Part shown: piece after piece, positions 1 to 8,902 of the stretch
Numbering within the stretch: the first letter of the stretch is position 1
How the letters are laid out: each line of letters starts with the position of its first letter
Source: a virus
Lineage: Duplodnaviria; Heunggongvirae; Uroviricota; Caudoviricetes
Strand: one strand, 5' to 3'
Length of the DNA stretch: 45,162 nt
Virus record (IMG/VR): IMGVR_UViG_2684623059_000002
Position numbers and translations under genes: made by a program
Notes under the pieces: model-generated
What the model saw: only the letters and a program-made list of their open reading frames with translations
Told to the model about the DNA's origin: nothing
The model's database searches: none

Positions 1-58
1 AGCCATATCTCATAACCGCCGCTAACTATATACGGTTAGCGGCAATTAGGGTTGAACA

Positions 59-2530
59 TTAAAAATCAGCCTGACTCGGGATCAGTTTTTGCCAGATAGC
101 TGAAACGTATTTTGCCTGGTAACGAGCGTCATCAAGTGCATTATGGCGCTCACCTTCGAATGGGATAGCAGTTCTGGCATCGAAGTCTATGGCTTTCCCC
201 AGCTCAACGATTGTGCGTATATCGCGATCGTTGTAGTAACGCCACGGGCAGGGGATCCCCTGCCGTTCGTATGAACGGCGCAAAATCGTGTTGTCGAAGT
301 TTGCTCCATTTCCCCAGACCTGAACAAAAAATTCACCGGAGTTTTCGTCGATAAATTCCCGCAATTGTAACAGTGCATCATCTAACGGGATTTCATCGGT
401 CATAATGGCAGATTGCGCTTCGCGTGATTGCTTAAGCCACCATTTAATGGTGTCCCGATCAATGACTCCGCCAGCAGTTTCCAGATCGACAGTCTTACTA
501 AATTCCGGTCCCATATCTCCGGTTTGCGGATCGAAAAATATTGCACCTATTGAGATAATCGGGGCATCAGGATTTTTTCCCATGGTTTCAAGGTCGATCA
601 TCAGATGAATCCCCGCTCTGCTGGTGGATGTGAGATTATGGTGACCGTTCACCTTAATTAAGGGATCTGACGCCTCGCCAGTTTCACTATCGCTGGCATG
701 ATGCTGATTGCCGCCAGAGTTCTCCTTGTGCTGATGCGCAGTGCCTTCCATTTCCTCCGGATCATTTTCCTGAACTTCAGGCTGATTCTCTTCATCGAAT
801 ATTTCCTGGTATGTTGCGTCGCCCATCACCGCACCACAATCAGGGCAGCTACCGCCGCCGGTCTGACCGCAGGCGGTGCAGGCTTTTTCCGGCTCCTGTT
901 GCGCTACTGGTTCAACCTGTTTCGTTTCTGGCTCGTTTTGTTGCGCATTTGGGCTGTTTTGTTCCGTTTTCTGGTCGTTCTGTTCCGATTCTTGCTGGTT
1001 CTGGTTTACAGAGTCGCGGGTTTCAATCCCCTTCACCCATTTCGGATCATTCGGGTCGCTAATCCCTGCAACAAATTCTCCGCGAGAGGCAGCAAGCAAC
1101 TTATCGGCGTCAGGCTGGCTGATATTGGCTGCCTGCATAATTTTGTTTACTTCTTCAGCGGTAACTTTTACCGGCTCTGGTTGTGCGGTCGTGTCAGATG
1201 CACCAGTATTTTGTTGTGAACCTGAGTATGTACCGTTTTTGCGGGCAAAATATTCTTCTTTCGTGATTTCAGTAGCCCCTGCAGTCAGCGCCTTATTCAG
1301 ACCAGAAAGTTTGTTTGCGCGACCATATTTTTCGCCATCCTTGTCGGTGAAGAGGAAGTAGAACGGCCCTTCACGCTCTACAGATGGTTCGACTTCCACT
1401 TTGCATTCGGTTTTTTCGTTGTCCGGAATTGCCGTTTCCACTGCATCAGTTTCTGGTACTGGCGACGAGAGAGTATCAGTTGCGCTCTGATTTGTTCCTT
1501 CATCTTCAAACACGCCCTTTGTAGTCAGGTATTCAGTAATGTATTTGTTCAGTGCCACAGGGGCTTTGTGAATGTCGATCGGACGTTCACGGACAAGGCC
1601 AAAAATAGTCTGGCGGTCGTAGCGAAGGGCATCAGGCTGTTTGCGCATTGATGCCGAGATACGCTTCCAGTCTTCGCGGTCGTTGTCGATAACTTCATTT
1701 TTTGCCCAGCGATGGATGCTGCCGTCAATGTTTCCGGCATCAATGTCACCAGGCCACAGAGCGTAGGCCAGTTCATCATCCAGTGTTTTCCATGTCTGCT
1801 TGTATTCGCGACGAATGGTGGCAGTGGCTGGGGGGGGGTTCGCTACTGAGTTTTCAGTGTTCTGCCGGTTGACTCTGGCGCGGGCAAGATCAACAACAGA
1901 CGTGTATTTCCCGGTTTCTTTGCGTTCGGCTTCGCGACGTTTTTTCCAGGTGCGTAATTCTGTCTGGATCTCAGGCCATTTTGCACCCGGCTTACATTTA
2001 TGTTTAACCCACCCGATGGCGAGCAGCTTAAGCTCTGAATACATGACGTTAACTTCAGGCATTTTCATCAATGCCTCAACGATATGCCCGTCGAATGTTG
2101 CCATGTCCTCCTGCAGTAATTCCTGAGCACTAATCACCATATCAACGGTGATGTTTTCACATGTACCGAACTTAACCAGGACCGCGTTCTGTACTTCAAG
2201 GGACAGCTTGTCAAAATTGACGTTCATCGGATCGGATTCTGGTTCGACCGGAATAAAGGAAGCGGATTCCTCATCCCAGCGGTTTTCCTGCATATATTCG
2301 GTATCCCAGGAGTCGATAGCAGGGCGGGGCATGCCGGGTTTATCCTCGCAGACAAGAAATTTATAAGCGCAGTCCTGAGCAGCCGGATATTGCTCCAGGA
2401 ATTGCCAGGTAAATTTGGCACGGGCGCGGCGTTCGTCACCGGCTTCAATGGCAGTGGCTACAGCAATTGCACCTTCTTCCTTTATTGCCTGTTCGTCCGG
2501 AATGGCGGCGCAAATAAAGACTTTACTCAT
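59..2530 (-). CDS. Prophage exonuclease-family protein (823 aa) with C-terminal DnaQ-like DEDDh 3'-5' exonuclease domain, central Cys cluster and Q/E-rich low-complexity linker
   Basis: C-terminal motifs MIDLETMG ... GNGANFD ... HNALDDARY match the DEDD exonuclease fold; CTACGQTGGGSCPDCG resembles a zinc ribbon; long intact ORF. Confidence 0.8.
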   Translation of the reverse strand: MSKVFICAAIPDEQAIKEEGAIAVATAIEAGDERRARAKFTWQFLEQYPAAQDCAYKFLVCEDKPGMPRPAIDSWDTEYMQENRWDEESASFIPVEPESDPMNVNFDKLSLEVQNAVLVKFGTCENITVDMVISAQELLQEDMATFDGHIVEALMKMPEVNVMYSELKLLAIGWVKHKCKPGAKWPEIQTELRTWKKRREAERKETGKYTSVVDLARARVNRQNTENSVANPPPATATIRREYKQTWKTLDDELAYALWPGDIDAGNIDGSIHRWAKNEVIDNDREDWKRISASMRKQPDALRYDRQTIFGLVRERPIDIHKAPVALNKYITEYLTTKGVFEDEGTNQSATDTLSSPVPETDAVETAIPDNEKTECKVEVEPSVEREGPFYFLFTDKDGEKYGRANKLSGLNKALTAGATEITKEEYFARKNGTYSGSQQNTGASDTTAQPEPVKVTAEEVNKIMQAANISQPDADKLLAASRGEFVAGISDPNDPKWVKGIETRDSVNQNQQESEQNDQKTEQNSPNAQQNEPETKQVEPVAQQEPEKACTACGQTGGGSCPDCGAVMGDATYQEIFDEENQPEVQENDPEEMEGTAHQHKENSGGNQHHASDSETGEASDPLIKVNGHHNLTSTSRAGIHLMIDLETMGKNPDAPIISIGAIFFDPQTGDMGPEFSKTVDLETAGGVIDRDTIKWWLKQSREAQSAIMTDEIPLDDALLQLREFIDENSGEFFVQVWGNGANFDNTILRRSYERQGIPCPWRYYNDRDIRTIVELGKAIDFDARTAIPFEGERHNALDDARYQAKYVSAIWQKLIPSQADF

Positions 2531-2653
2531 TTTGTTTTAACCTCATGACAGATTTAAGGATGAACAAATCCCTGCCATTGCTGGCATATAAGAATCAAAT
2601 CTGATGTATTCATTAAGCTGAATGTCGTATTGTGGCAGTTATTTTATTACTGC

Positions 2654-2875
2654 TCACCATGACTCTGCTTTTACAGGTAAACCATCACGACCAAGGAAGA
2701 CTTTAATCATGGTTTCCTTAATACAGTGTTGTGTGGAAAAATCACGAATATAGAGCCGTTGTTTTTTAATGTTGTTTACCGAAGCAATATATGTTCTTCC
2801 TTTATGAATAACATAATCACCGGGAGTCACGCACTGACGAGGAATTTCATCAGTTCCGAAGTGATGAGCAATCAT
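2654..2875 (-). CDS. Small hypothetical protein immediately downstream of DicF, in the dicB position of the operon; does not match the K-12 DicB sequence as I recall it
   Basis: ORF with GGAG about 6 nt upstream of the second Met (MIAHHF...); synteny with the Qin dicB operon. Confidence 0.5.
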   Translation of the reverse strand: MIAHHFGTDEIPRQCVTPGDYVIHKGRTYIASVNNIKKQRLYIRDFSTQHCIKETMIKVFLGRDGLPVKAESW

Positions 2876-3049
2876 AATTATCTCCATTTTTACAAATGAA
2901 CTTTGTTGATGCGGTGCCTGGTGCCTCCAGGTGACGTTAACCAGTTAACAATTAACGCCGGATACAGAGAATCCACCCATAACACTGTTTTTGGTTTTAA
3001 CTGTTCCACGTGCGCTTAGCCGCATTCACCGCATCACAAAATTCACTTT

Positions 3050-3107
3050 AAAAAGGGCGGCAGAGCAGTCACGGAGTAAAACTGATACCGCCAAACGCCA
3101 CCAGAAA
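3050..3107 (-). ncRNA. dicF: DicF small regulatory RNA (ftsZ-targeting sRNA of Qin-like prophages)
   Basis: Minus-strand sequence UUUCUGGUGGCGUUUGGCGGUAUCAGUUUUACUCCGUGACUGCUCUGCCGCCCUUUUU is near-identical to recalled E. coli DicF, including the GC hairpin and U-tract; correct synteny downstream of dicA. Confidence 0.8.
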
Positions 3108-3443
3108 ATTGATAACAGAGGGCGTTGTAGCGGGGTTGTCACTTAAGCGTATGGTCAACCTGACAACCCGGTGTCCTCAACGGGGAAGGAATAACCCCGC
3201 CATACTTACCGCCGCGCCATTTCGCGGAGTGCCACAACCGGAAGCGCACGGTCGAATTAAATTTAACGACACCGTACAGAGAGACCAATTTCGCCGTGTG
3301 CTTTCGCGTTATGCCCTGGCTTTTCAGGGATATATCCTTTCAGTAAACTGTCAGTACCGGATTCTTATCCGTGTCCGGCGCACGACCACACGTGACAGCG
3401 TGTTGGTCTCCATTTTTAACCCAGAACCTCAATGGAGGATAAA

Positions 3444-3653
3444 ATGCCAAACAAAAAAAGAAATCCGCTTATTGAAAAACAGATTGAATGCCTTGTAAAT
3501 CAACTCAGGCAATCAGGGTTATTAAAAACTCATTCAGAGTTGAGGCTCACAGAATCAGCATTCGACGATAAATTAAATAATGTCCTTTATAATGGCATTA
3601 TTGATTTTAATCGTTCTGTTGGTCGCCGCGGCCCTGCTGGTGTTTCCTTATAA
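3444..3653 (+). CDS. Hypothetical 69-aa protein, antisense to the dicB-type operon, AT-rich
   Basis: ORF with strong GGAGG RBS 7 nt upstream of ATG at 3444; stop abuts the convergent 216-aa gene; no family recognised. Confidence 0.4.
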   Translation: MPNKKRNPLIEKQIECLVNQLRQSGLLKTHSELRLTESAFDDKLNNVLYNGIIDFNRSVGRRGPAGVSL

Positions 3654-4304
3654 TTACCAGTCAATCCAGAGCGGACCGTGTTCAGCGTAAATATAACTGT
3701 ACACATCCAGATTATATTTGTGGTCTGTTAAGAACAGGCCGCAAATACATGCCGAAGCTTCCAGGGCAGCGGCTCTGTTACTGAATAACCATGTAGCAAC
3801 ATTCCAGCGTTTTTCTGCATCCCAGTCTTTCTCAAGGCCTGATACCATGAAGAAACCGTTAGTGTTGCCATCAAATAATTCTGTTTCCAGATTTTTAAGC
3901 AATGCCTGATGGACTCTTGCCAGGTATTCCGCCGGAATTTTGCCACGAATTCTGATGAGATTGTCATAAACAAACATGTTCCCCGCATATGGCGATTTTT
4001 CTTTCTTGTTTTTTAAACCAGCATCATGAGCAAACTGATCAATTTCTTCTTCCGTTGGTTTCGTATTGATGTTTTGCGCTGTCGTTTCTGCAATTTTATT
4101 TGCCACACTCTCTGAGTCGTGTTTATTTATAGACGCACAGAAATACAATCCGGTAAACGCATCGCGCACATTACGAGCTATATTATCAGTGTCTTTTTTC
4201 GTTACCGATTCCAATGCAAGTTCGTTCAGACGATGACGAAGTGTATGTGCTGCAATCTCCTGGATTGAAGTAGGTAAATCTTTAAATTCCATCGTCAACC
4301 TCAT
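3654..4304 (-). CDS. Hypothetical 216-aa protein inserted in the repressor-linked operon (moron; function unknown)
   Basis: Intact ORF with start overlapping the upstream gene stop (coupling); AT-rich relative to flanks; no recognisable motifs. Confidence 0.6.
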   Translation of the reverse strand: MRLTMEFKDLPTSIQEIAAHTLRHRLNELALESVTKKDTDNIARNVRDAFTGLYFCASINKHDSESVANKIAETTAQNINTKPTEEEIDQFAHDAGLKNKKEKSPYAGNMFVYDNLIRIRGKIPAEYLARVHQALLKNLETELFDGNTNGFFMVSGLEKDWDAEKRWNVATWLFSNRAAALEASACICGLFLTDHKYNLDVYSYIYAEHGPLWIDW

Positions 4305-4456
4305 CAGTCAGAGTTTCTTGCTAACCAGCGATGCGCGCCAGCTTCGGTTTTAAACGTTTTACTTTTGGTATACGTCATCGCGGTGAACGTGCCGTCCTGG
4401 TTGGGAAACACGTCGTACACCAGAGATTCGTTGTTGCCAAGATCGATAGTATCCAT
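4304..4456 (-). CDS. Small protein (50 aa) downstream of the repressor, YdfA-like position
   Basis: ORF beginning MDTIDLGNNES with GAGG RBS; synteny with Qin ydfA; track ORF 4304..4534 probably over-extended. Confidence 0.45.
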   Translation of the reverse strand: MDTIDLGNNESLVYDVFPNQDGTFTAMTYTKSKTFKTEAGAHRWLARNSD

Positions 4457-4540
4457 GCTGACCTCATTTCCCCTTAACGCCGGGGTAGCGGAACTGTTTG
4501 CTGAGAACACCGTGCGGTGTCTTGATGTAAGCAATATTAG

Positions 4541-4590
4541 CCATGGCTAACAATTTGGTCAAGCATTTTTGTTTGTCATAGCTAACATTC
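4541..4590. promoter_or_regulatory. Repeated operator-like motifs (TGGCTAACAAT / TAGCTAACATT) downstream of the repressor gene
   Basis: ccatggctaacaattt (4541-4556) and tcatagctaacattc (4576-4590) repeat the motif also found in the dicA-dicC intergenic region. Confidence 0.4.
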
Positions 4591-4622
4591 TGGGCGGCCA
4601 AAAAGATAACGCATTGATTGCG

Positions 4623-5030
4623 TTATCTTTTGTTTGTTCGTTGACGGGCTTTTAATAACTCTTCAAAGAGTTTGTTGAAATTTTTTACTCGGGCGCGCAT
4701 CTCGGTGAGCTGAGCATCCTGTTCTGATTCAGGCAATGCATTAAAAAGCTCAAGGAGCTCATGTTCTTTGGGGGATAGAGCAACTGGCTCCTCAATAGGT
4801 GGTGATGGCTGCTTGTCTTCATCGCCAAATAGAATCCATGTTGGCGAGCACTGCAGTACTTTGCTGAGGGCAAAAAGATTCTTTCCTGTAGGTTCGCTAT
4901 CATCCCGTTCCCATTGTGAAACCGATACATGAGAAATTTTCAGGGCTTTAGCAAGAGACCTTTGGGTGTATTTGAGGTTTTTTCGGCGATATCTAATGCG
5001 TTCGCCAATGGTTAGATTTTTTGTATCCAT
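4623..5030 (-). CDS. dicA: DicA-like HTH-XRE prophage repressor (135 aa)
   Basis: Near-identical to recalled E. coli DicA (…GERIRYRRKNLK.TQRSLAKALKISHVSVSQWER…); divergent from the Cro-like gene. Confidence 0.9.
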   Translation of the reverse strand: MDTKNLTIGERIRYRRKNLKYTQRSLAKALKISHVSVSQWERDDSEPTGKNLFALSKVLQCSPTWILFGDEDKQPSPPIEEPVALSPKEHELLELFNALPESEQDAQLTEMRARVKNFNKLFEELLKARQRTNKR

Positions 5031-5101
5031 AGTTAGCTAATGCTAAATCTTATTGACTATGTTTTTGTTAACATCTATTTTGTTAGTTATGGCTAACAAT
5101 T
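5028..5101. promoter_or_regulatory. Immunity-region operator/promoter: sigma70-like promoter for dicC (-35 TTGACT 5052-5057, 17-bp spacer, -10 TATTTT 5075-5080) flanked by TAGCTAA/TGGCTAACAAT operator-like repeats
   Basis: Consensus-like hexamers with 17-bp spacing upstream of dicC; inverted and direct copies of the GCTAAC motif. Confidence 0.5.
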
Positions 5102-5113
5102 AAGGTGCTTTAA

Positions 5114-5344
5114 ATGCTTAAAACTGACGCACTTTTGTATTTCGGTTCAAAAACAAAACTTGCACAAGCTGCTGGTATTCGTTTGGCTTCGCTTTATAGC
5201 TGGAAAGGGGAGCTAGTACCTGAAGGTCGCGCGATGCGCCTGCAAGATGCATCCGGCGGGGAACTTCAGTACGACCCCAAAGTTTATGACGAATATCGTA
5301 AGGCAAAGCGGGCGGGGCGGTTGAACAATGAAAATCACCCCTGA
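5114..5344 (+). CDS. dicC: DicC-like Cro-type repressor (76 aa)
   Basis: Near-identical to recalled DicC (MLKTDALLYFGSKTKLAQAAGIRLASLYSWKG...). Confidence 0.9.
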   Translation: MLKTDALLYFGSKTKLAQAAGIRLASLYSWKGELVPEGRAMRLQDASGGELQYDPKVYDEYRKAKRAGRLNNENHP

Positions 5345-5849
5345 ACAGGTTTGTGAGGCTCTGGATGCCTGGGTATGCCGACCAGGAATGACACAGGAGC
5401 AGGCGACGATATTAATCACGGAAGCATTCTGGGCTCTGAAAGAACGCCCGAACATCGATGTTCAACGCGTCACGTTTAATGATGGCGAGGTTGATCAACG
5501 GGCGTTGGGCGTTAACCGGGTGAAGATATTCGAACGCTGGAAAGCTATCGACACCAGGGATAAGCGGGAAAAATTCACGGCGCTGATTCCGGCAATTATG
5601 GAGGCTATCCGGATCAGCGATTTCAGGTTGTATTGTGAAATTACTGACGGAAAAAGCATTACGTACATGATCGCCGGGTTAAACAAAGAATATGGCGATG
5701 TGGTGGAGTCCGGTCTGCTTTTGGCAGATCCCGCTGTTGTGGAGCGTGAGACTGACGAGCTTATAGAAAAAGCTATTGCTTTCAAGCATGCGTATCGTCA
5801 GCAATATCAACAAAAAGCCGGATGGAATTATGAGTCTTCTTTTTGCTGA
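5328..5849 (+). CDS. Early-region hypothetical protein (173 aa); YdaT-like position, possible regulator
   Basis: ORF translationally coupled to dicC; position equals ydaT/cII slot of Rac/Qin-type prophages; family assignment not verified. Confidence 0.5.
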   Translation: MKITPEQVCEALDAWVCRPGMTQEQATILITEAFWALKERPNIDVQRVTFNDGEVDQRALGVNRVKIFERWKAIDTRDKREKFTALIPAIMEAIRISDFRLYCEITDGKSITYMIAGLNKEYGDVVESGLLLADPAVVERETDELIEKAIAFKHAYRQQYQQKAGWNYESSFC

Positions 5850-6783
5850 ACGCCCACTGGTTATTAACACGCAGCTGGCGATGAAAATTGGCCTGAATGA
5901 AGCCATTGTACTGCAGCAGCTGCATTACTGGTTGAGAGATACTAATTCCGGCATGGAATGTAACGGGGTTCGCTGGATTTATAACACAACAGAACAATGG
6001 CTGGAACAGTTCCCGTTCTGGTCAGAGTCAACGTTAAAACGCGCATTTGCAAGTCTGAAAACGCTGGGGCTTTTGCGTTGCGAAAAGCTCAACAAATCAA
6101 AGCGTGACATGACTAATTTTTACACGATTAATTACGAGAGTGAGCTTTTAGATGGTGGCAAAGTGAGCGAATCCATCAGGTCAAAATGCGCCGCTCCATC
6201 AGGTCAAAATGACACGATGGAAGAGGTCAAAATGGCACGCTCCATTGGTTCAAAACGACCCAATGTCATCGGGTCAAAATGGCCTGATGATCTTACAGAG
6301 AATACAACAGAGAATAAAAACACTTCTCGTCCGGAAGCTTCGCAACCGGACCCGCAGACGGCTGAACAGGATTTTTTAATCCGACACCCTGATGCGGTTG
6401 TGTTCAGTGCGAAAAAACGCCAGTGGGGAAGTCAGGAAGATTTGGCGTGCGCACAGTGGATCTGGGGACGAATCGTGAGTCTTTACGAGCAGGCGGCCAG
6501 CGATGATGGCGAGATCACGAGACCGAAAGAACCCAACTGGACAGCATGGGCCAATGACGTGCGCACAATGCGGATGCTGGATGGCAGAACTCACAGACAA
6601 ATTTGCGAAATGTTTGGGCGGGTACAGCGGGATCCATTCTGGGTAAAAAACATCATGAGTCCGTCAAAGCTCCGCGAAAAATGGGACGAACTGGTCATCC
6701 GCCTGGGGCGTTCATCTGTACAGCGTTGTGTGAATCATATTTCTGAACCGGACACCGAAATTCCGCCGGGGTTCAGGGGGTAA
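5830..6783 (+). CDS. Replication initiation protein (phage O-like / replisome organiser)
   Basis: ORF preceding the DnaC-like loader; N-terminal HTH-like region; start chosen at MSLLFAERP. Confidence 0.65.
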   Translation: MSLLFAERPLVINTQLAMKIGLNEAIVLQQLHYWLRDTNSGMECNGVRWIYNTTEQWLEQFPFWSESTLKRAFASLKTLGLLRCEKLNKSKRDMTNFYTINYESELLDGGKVSESIRSKCAAPSGQNDTMEEVKMARSIGSKRPNVIGSKWPDDLTENTTENKNTSRPEASQPDPQTAEQDFLIRHPDAVVFSAKKRQWGSQEDLACAQWIWGRIVSLYEQAASDDGEITRPKEPNWTAWANDVRTMRMLDGRTHRQICEMFGRVQRDPFWVKNIMSPSKLREKWDELVIRLGRSSVQRCVNHISEPDTEIPPGFRG

Positions 6784-6789
6784 CGAACC

Positions 6790-7536
6790 ATGAAAAATAT
6801 TGCGACAGGCGGCGTTCTGGAACGTATCCGCAGACTGACCCCGCCACATGTAACCGCCCCATTCAGAACGGTAGCGGAGTGGCGCGAGTGGCAACTTGCT
6901 GAAGGCCAGAAGCGTAGCGAGGAGATCAACCGCCTGAATCGCCAGTTGCGGGTGGAAAAAATTCTGAATCGCTCAGGCATCCAGCCGTTGCACCGTAAAT
7001 GCTCGTTTGCGAATTACCATGTACAGAACGACGGCCAGCGATACGCGTTAAGTCAGGCGAAATCCATCGCTGATGAACTGATGGCCGGATGCACAAATTT
7101 CGCGTTCAGCGGAAAACCTGGTACCGGAAAAAACCATCTGGCGGCGGCTATCGGAAATCGCCTGCTGAAAGACGGCCAGACAGTGATAGTGGTTACTGTG
7201 GCTGATGTTATGAGTGCCCTGCACGCCAGCTATGACGACGGGCAGTCAGGCGAAAAATTTTTGCGGGAACTGTGCGAAGTGGATCTGCTGGTTCTTGATG
7301 AAATTGGCATTCAGCGTGAGACGAAAAACGAGCAGGTGGTGCTGCATCAGATTGTTGATCGCCGGACAGCATCGATGCGCAGTATGGGGATGCTGACAAA
7401 CCTGAACTATGAGGCCATGAAAACGTTGCTCGGCGAGAGGATTATGGATCGCATGACCATGAACGGTGGGCGCTGGGTGACTTTTAACTGGGAAAGCTGG
7501 CGCCAGAATGTCGTCCAGCCAGGAATCACGAAGTAA
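6790..7536 (+). CDS. DnaC/IstB-like AAA+ helicase loader (phage P-analogue, YdaV-like)
   Basis: Walker [16 protein letters not shown] and Walker B LLVLDEIG. Confidence 0.9.
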   Translation: MKNIATGGVLERIRRLTPPHVTAPFRTVAEWREWQLAEGQKRSEEINRLNRQLRVEKILNRSGIQPLHRKCSFANYHVQNDGQRYALSQAKSIADELMAGCTNFAFSGKPGTGKNHLAAAIGNRLLKDGQTVIVVTVADVMSALHASYDDGQSGEKFLRELCEVDLLVLDEIGIQRETKNEQVVLHQIVDRRTASMRSMGMLTNLNYEAMKTLLGERIMDRMTMNGGRWVTFNWESWRQNVVQPGITK

Positions 7537-7558
7537 TTTTTACCAGGAGAAAAATTTA

Positions 7559-8320
7559 ATGGAGACTGTTTTTGACGCACTGAAAGCAATGGGAAAAGCC
7601 ACATCCATAGAACTTGCGGCGCGACTTGATGTCAGTCGTGAAGAAGTGCTTAACGAACTATGGGAACTGAAAAAGGCTGGCTTTGTTGATAAAAGCGCGT
7701 ACACCTGGCGTGTGGCTGATAACAACGTTCAGCAGGAACAGCCAGCGCAGGCAGAACTGCCGGAAGAAACCACTACAGCAACAGCAGCGAAAATCTCAGA
7801 GTGCGATTTAACCGCGACGATTGAACAACGCGGACCACAAACGGCTGATGAGCTGGCTACGCTGTTCGGTATCACATCACGCAAAGTGGCTTCAACGCTG
7901 GCAATGGCAATCAGCAAAGGTCGCCTGATTCGTGTAAATCAGAACGGTAAATTCCGTTACTGCCTGCCGGGCGATGATTTACCAGCAGAACCGAAAGCCG
8001 CATCGGTAACGGGAAATGGTGGTAAAGCCTTTCCTCAGCCAGCGGGTGTTGCGTTACCAGCGCCGGAAGCTGCAATACAGGAAGAAATTAAAACAGAAAC
8101 TGTGGCGGACATTGTGCAGTCGTTGCCATCGTTCACCAAAACGCGAGCCGATGACCTGACTTTACCATCGCTGCATCTGGCAAACCGCGAACTGCGCCGG
8201 GCAAAAAACCGTGTCCAGAAGTGGGAGCGAGTCTGTGCCGCACTGCGGGAGCTGAATAAACACAGGGATATTGTCCGACAGATTGTCGATTCCTCCAGTC
8301 GCGTTGTGTTGGAAAAGTGA
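7559..8320 (+). CDS. Hypothetical phage protein with N-terminal winged-helix-like region (YdaW-like position)
   Basis: ORF with GGAG RBS before METVFDALK; conserved position after the replication genes. Confidence 0.55.
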   Translation: METVFDALKAMGKATSIELAARLDVSREEVLNELWELKKAGFVDKSAYTWRVADNNVQQEQPAQAELPEETTTATAAKISECDLTATIEQRGPQTADELATLFGITSRKVASTLAMAISKGRLIRVNQNGKFRYCLPGDDLPAEPKAASVTGNGGKAFPQPAGVALPAPEAAIQEEIKTETVADIVQSLPSFTKTRADDLTLPSLHLANRELRRAKNRVQKWERVCAALRELNKHRDIVRQIVDSSSRVVLEK

Positions 8321-8327
8321 GGCGTTT

Positions 8328-8744
8328 ATGGGAAACGTTTTTACACCTGAATACAGGAAGCAACTGAAGGCGCGCATTGTGGAGCTGGTACAGCGGGATG
8401 GGCGGAAAACACGTAAGCAACTGGAGGATGAAACCGGAGCAACGAGGCACCTGATAGAAGTTCTGGCGAAAGAGCTGGTAGTTAGTGGCGCAGTATATGG
8501 TTCAGGACATGGAATATTTTCTTCGGAGCAGGCTCGTAAGGACTGGATAAAAGCCTGCAAAAAAATGTCGAGAGCGGCAGTGAAAAAGAAGAGCGACCCT
8601 GACCTGATTTATTCATTGCCAGATGGCGAAATACGTCGTTACAACAGACGACAGAACATAATTTGTCTCGAGTGCCGCCAGAGCGAAGCTATGCAACGGG
8701 TGCTGGCTTTCTGGAAGGGAAGTTTGCAGGAGGTGATACTGTGA
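8328..8744 (+). CDS. Hypothetical phage protein (138 aa), basic, CxxC pair near C-terminus
   Basis: ORF with RBS before MGNVFTPEY; nin-region synteny. Confidence 0.5.
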   Translation: MGNVFTPEYRKQLKARIVELVQRDGRKTRKQLEDETGATRHLIEVLAKELVVSGAVYGSGHGIFSSEQARKDWIKACKKMSRAAVKKKSDPDLIYSLPDGEIRRYNRRQNIICLECRQSEAMQRVLAFWKGSLQEVIL

Positions 8745-8902
8745 GCCAAATTAACAATCAGGACTGCGTGAAGTGAAAGAGAAAACATAATCCAAATCTG
8801 AATAATTAATCTCAGCACTGTAAATAAAATTTAATCCTTAACAGGAGGGATTCCTGCACCCTCAAAACATCAGGAGGCCGCCCGAAAGGGCGGTAATGAA
8901 AA

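Noticed and set aside
12-40. Hairpin GCCGCTAAC-N8-GTTAGCGGC downstream of the exonuclease gene as a terminator
   Set aside because: No U-tract follows on the relevant strand and it is at the window edge; function cannot be supported
698-1361. Plus-strand ORFs (173, 83, 161 aa) opposite the exonuclease gene
   Set aside because: Overlap the exonuclease low-complexity region in antisense; low-complexity Leu/Phe/Arg-rich translations
3109-3498. 129-aa plus-strand ORF spanning the DicF region
   Set aside because: No RBS and overlaps the DicF sRNA and the better-supported 3444 gene
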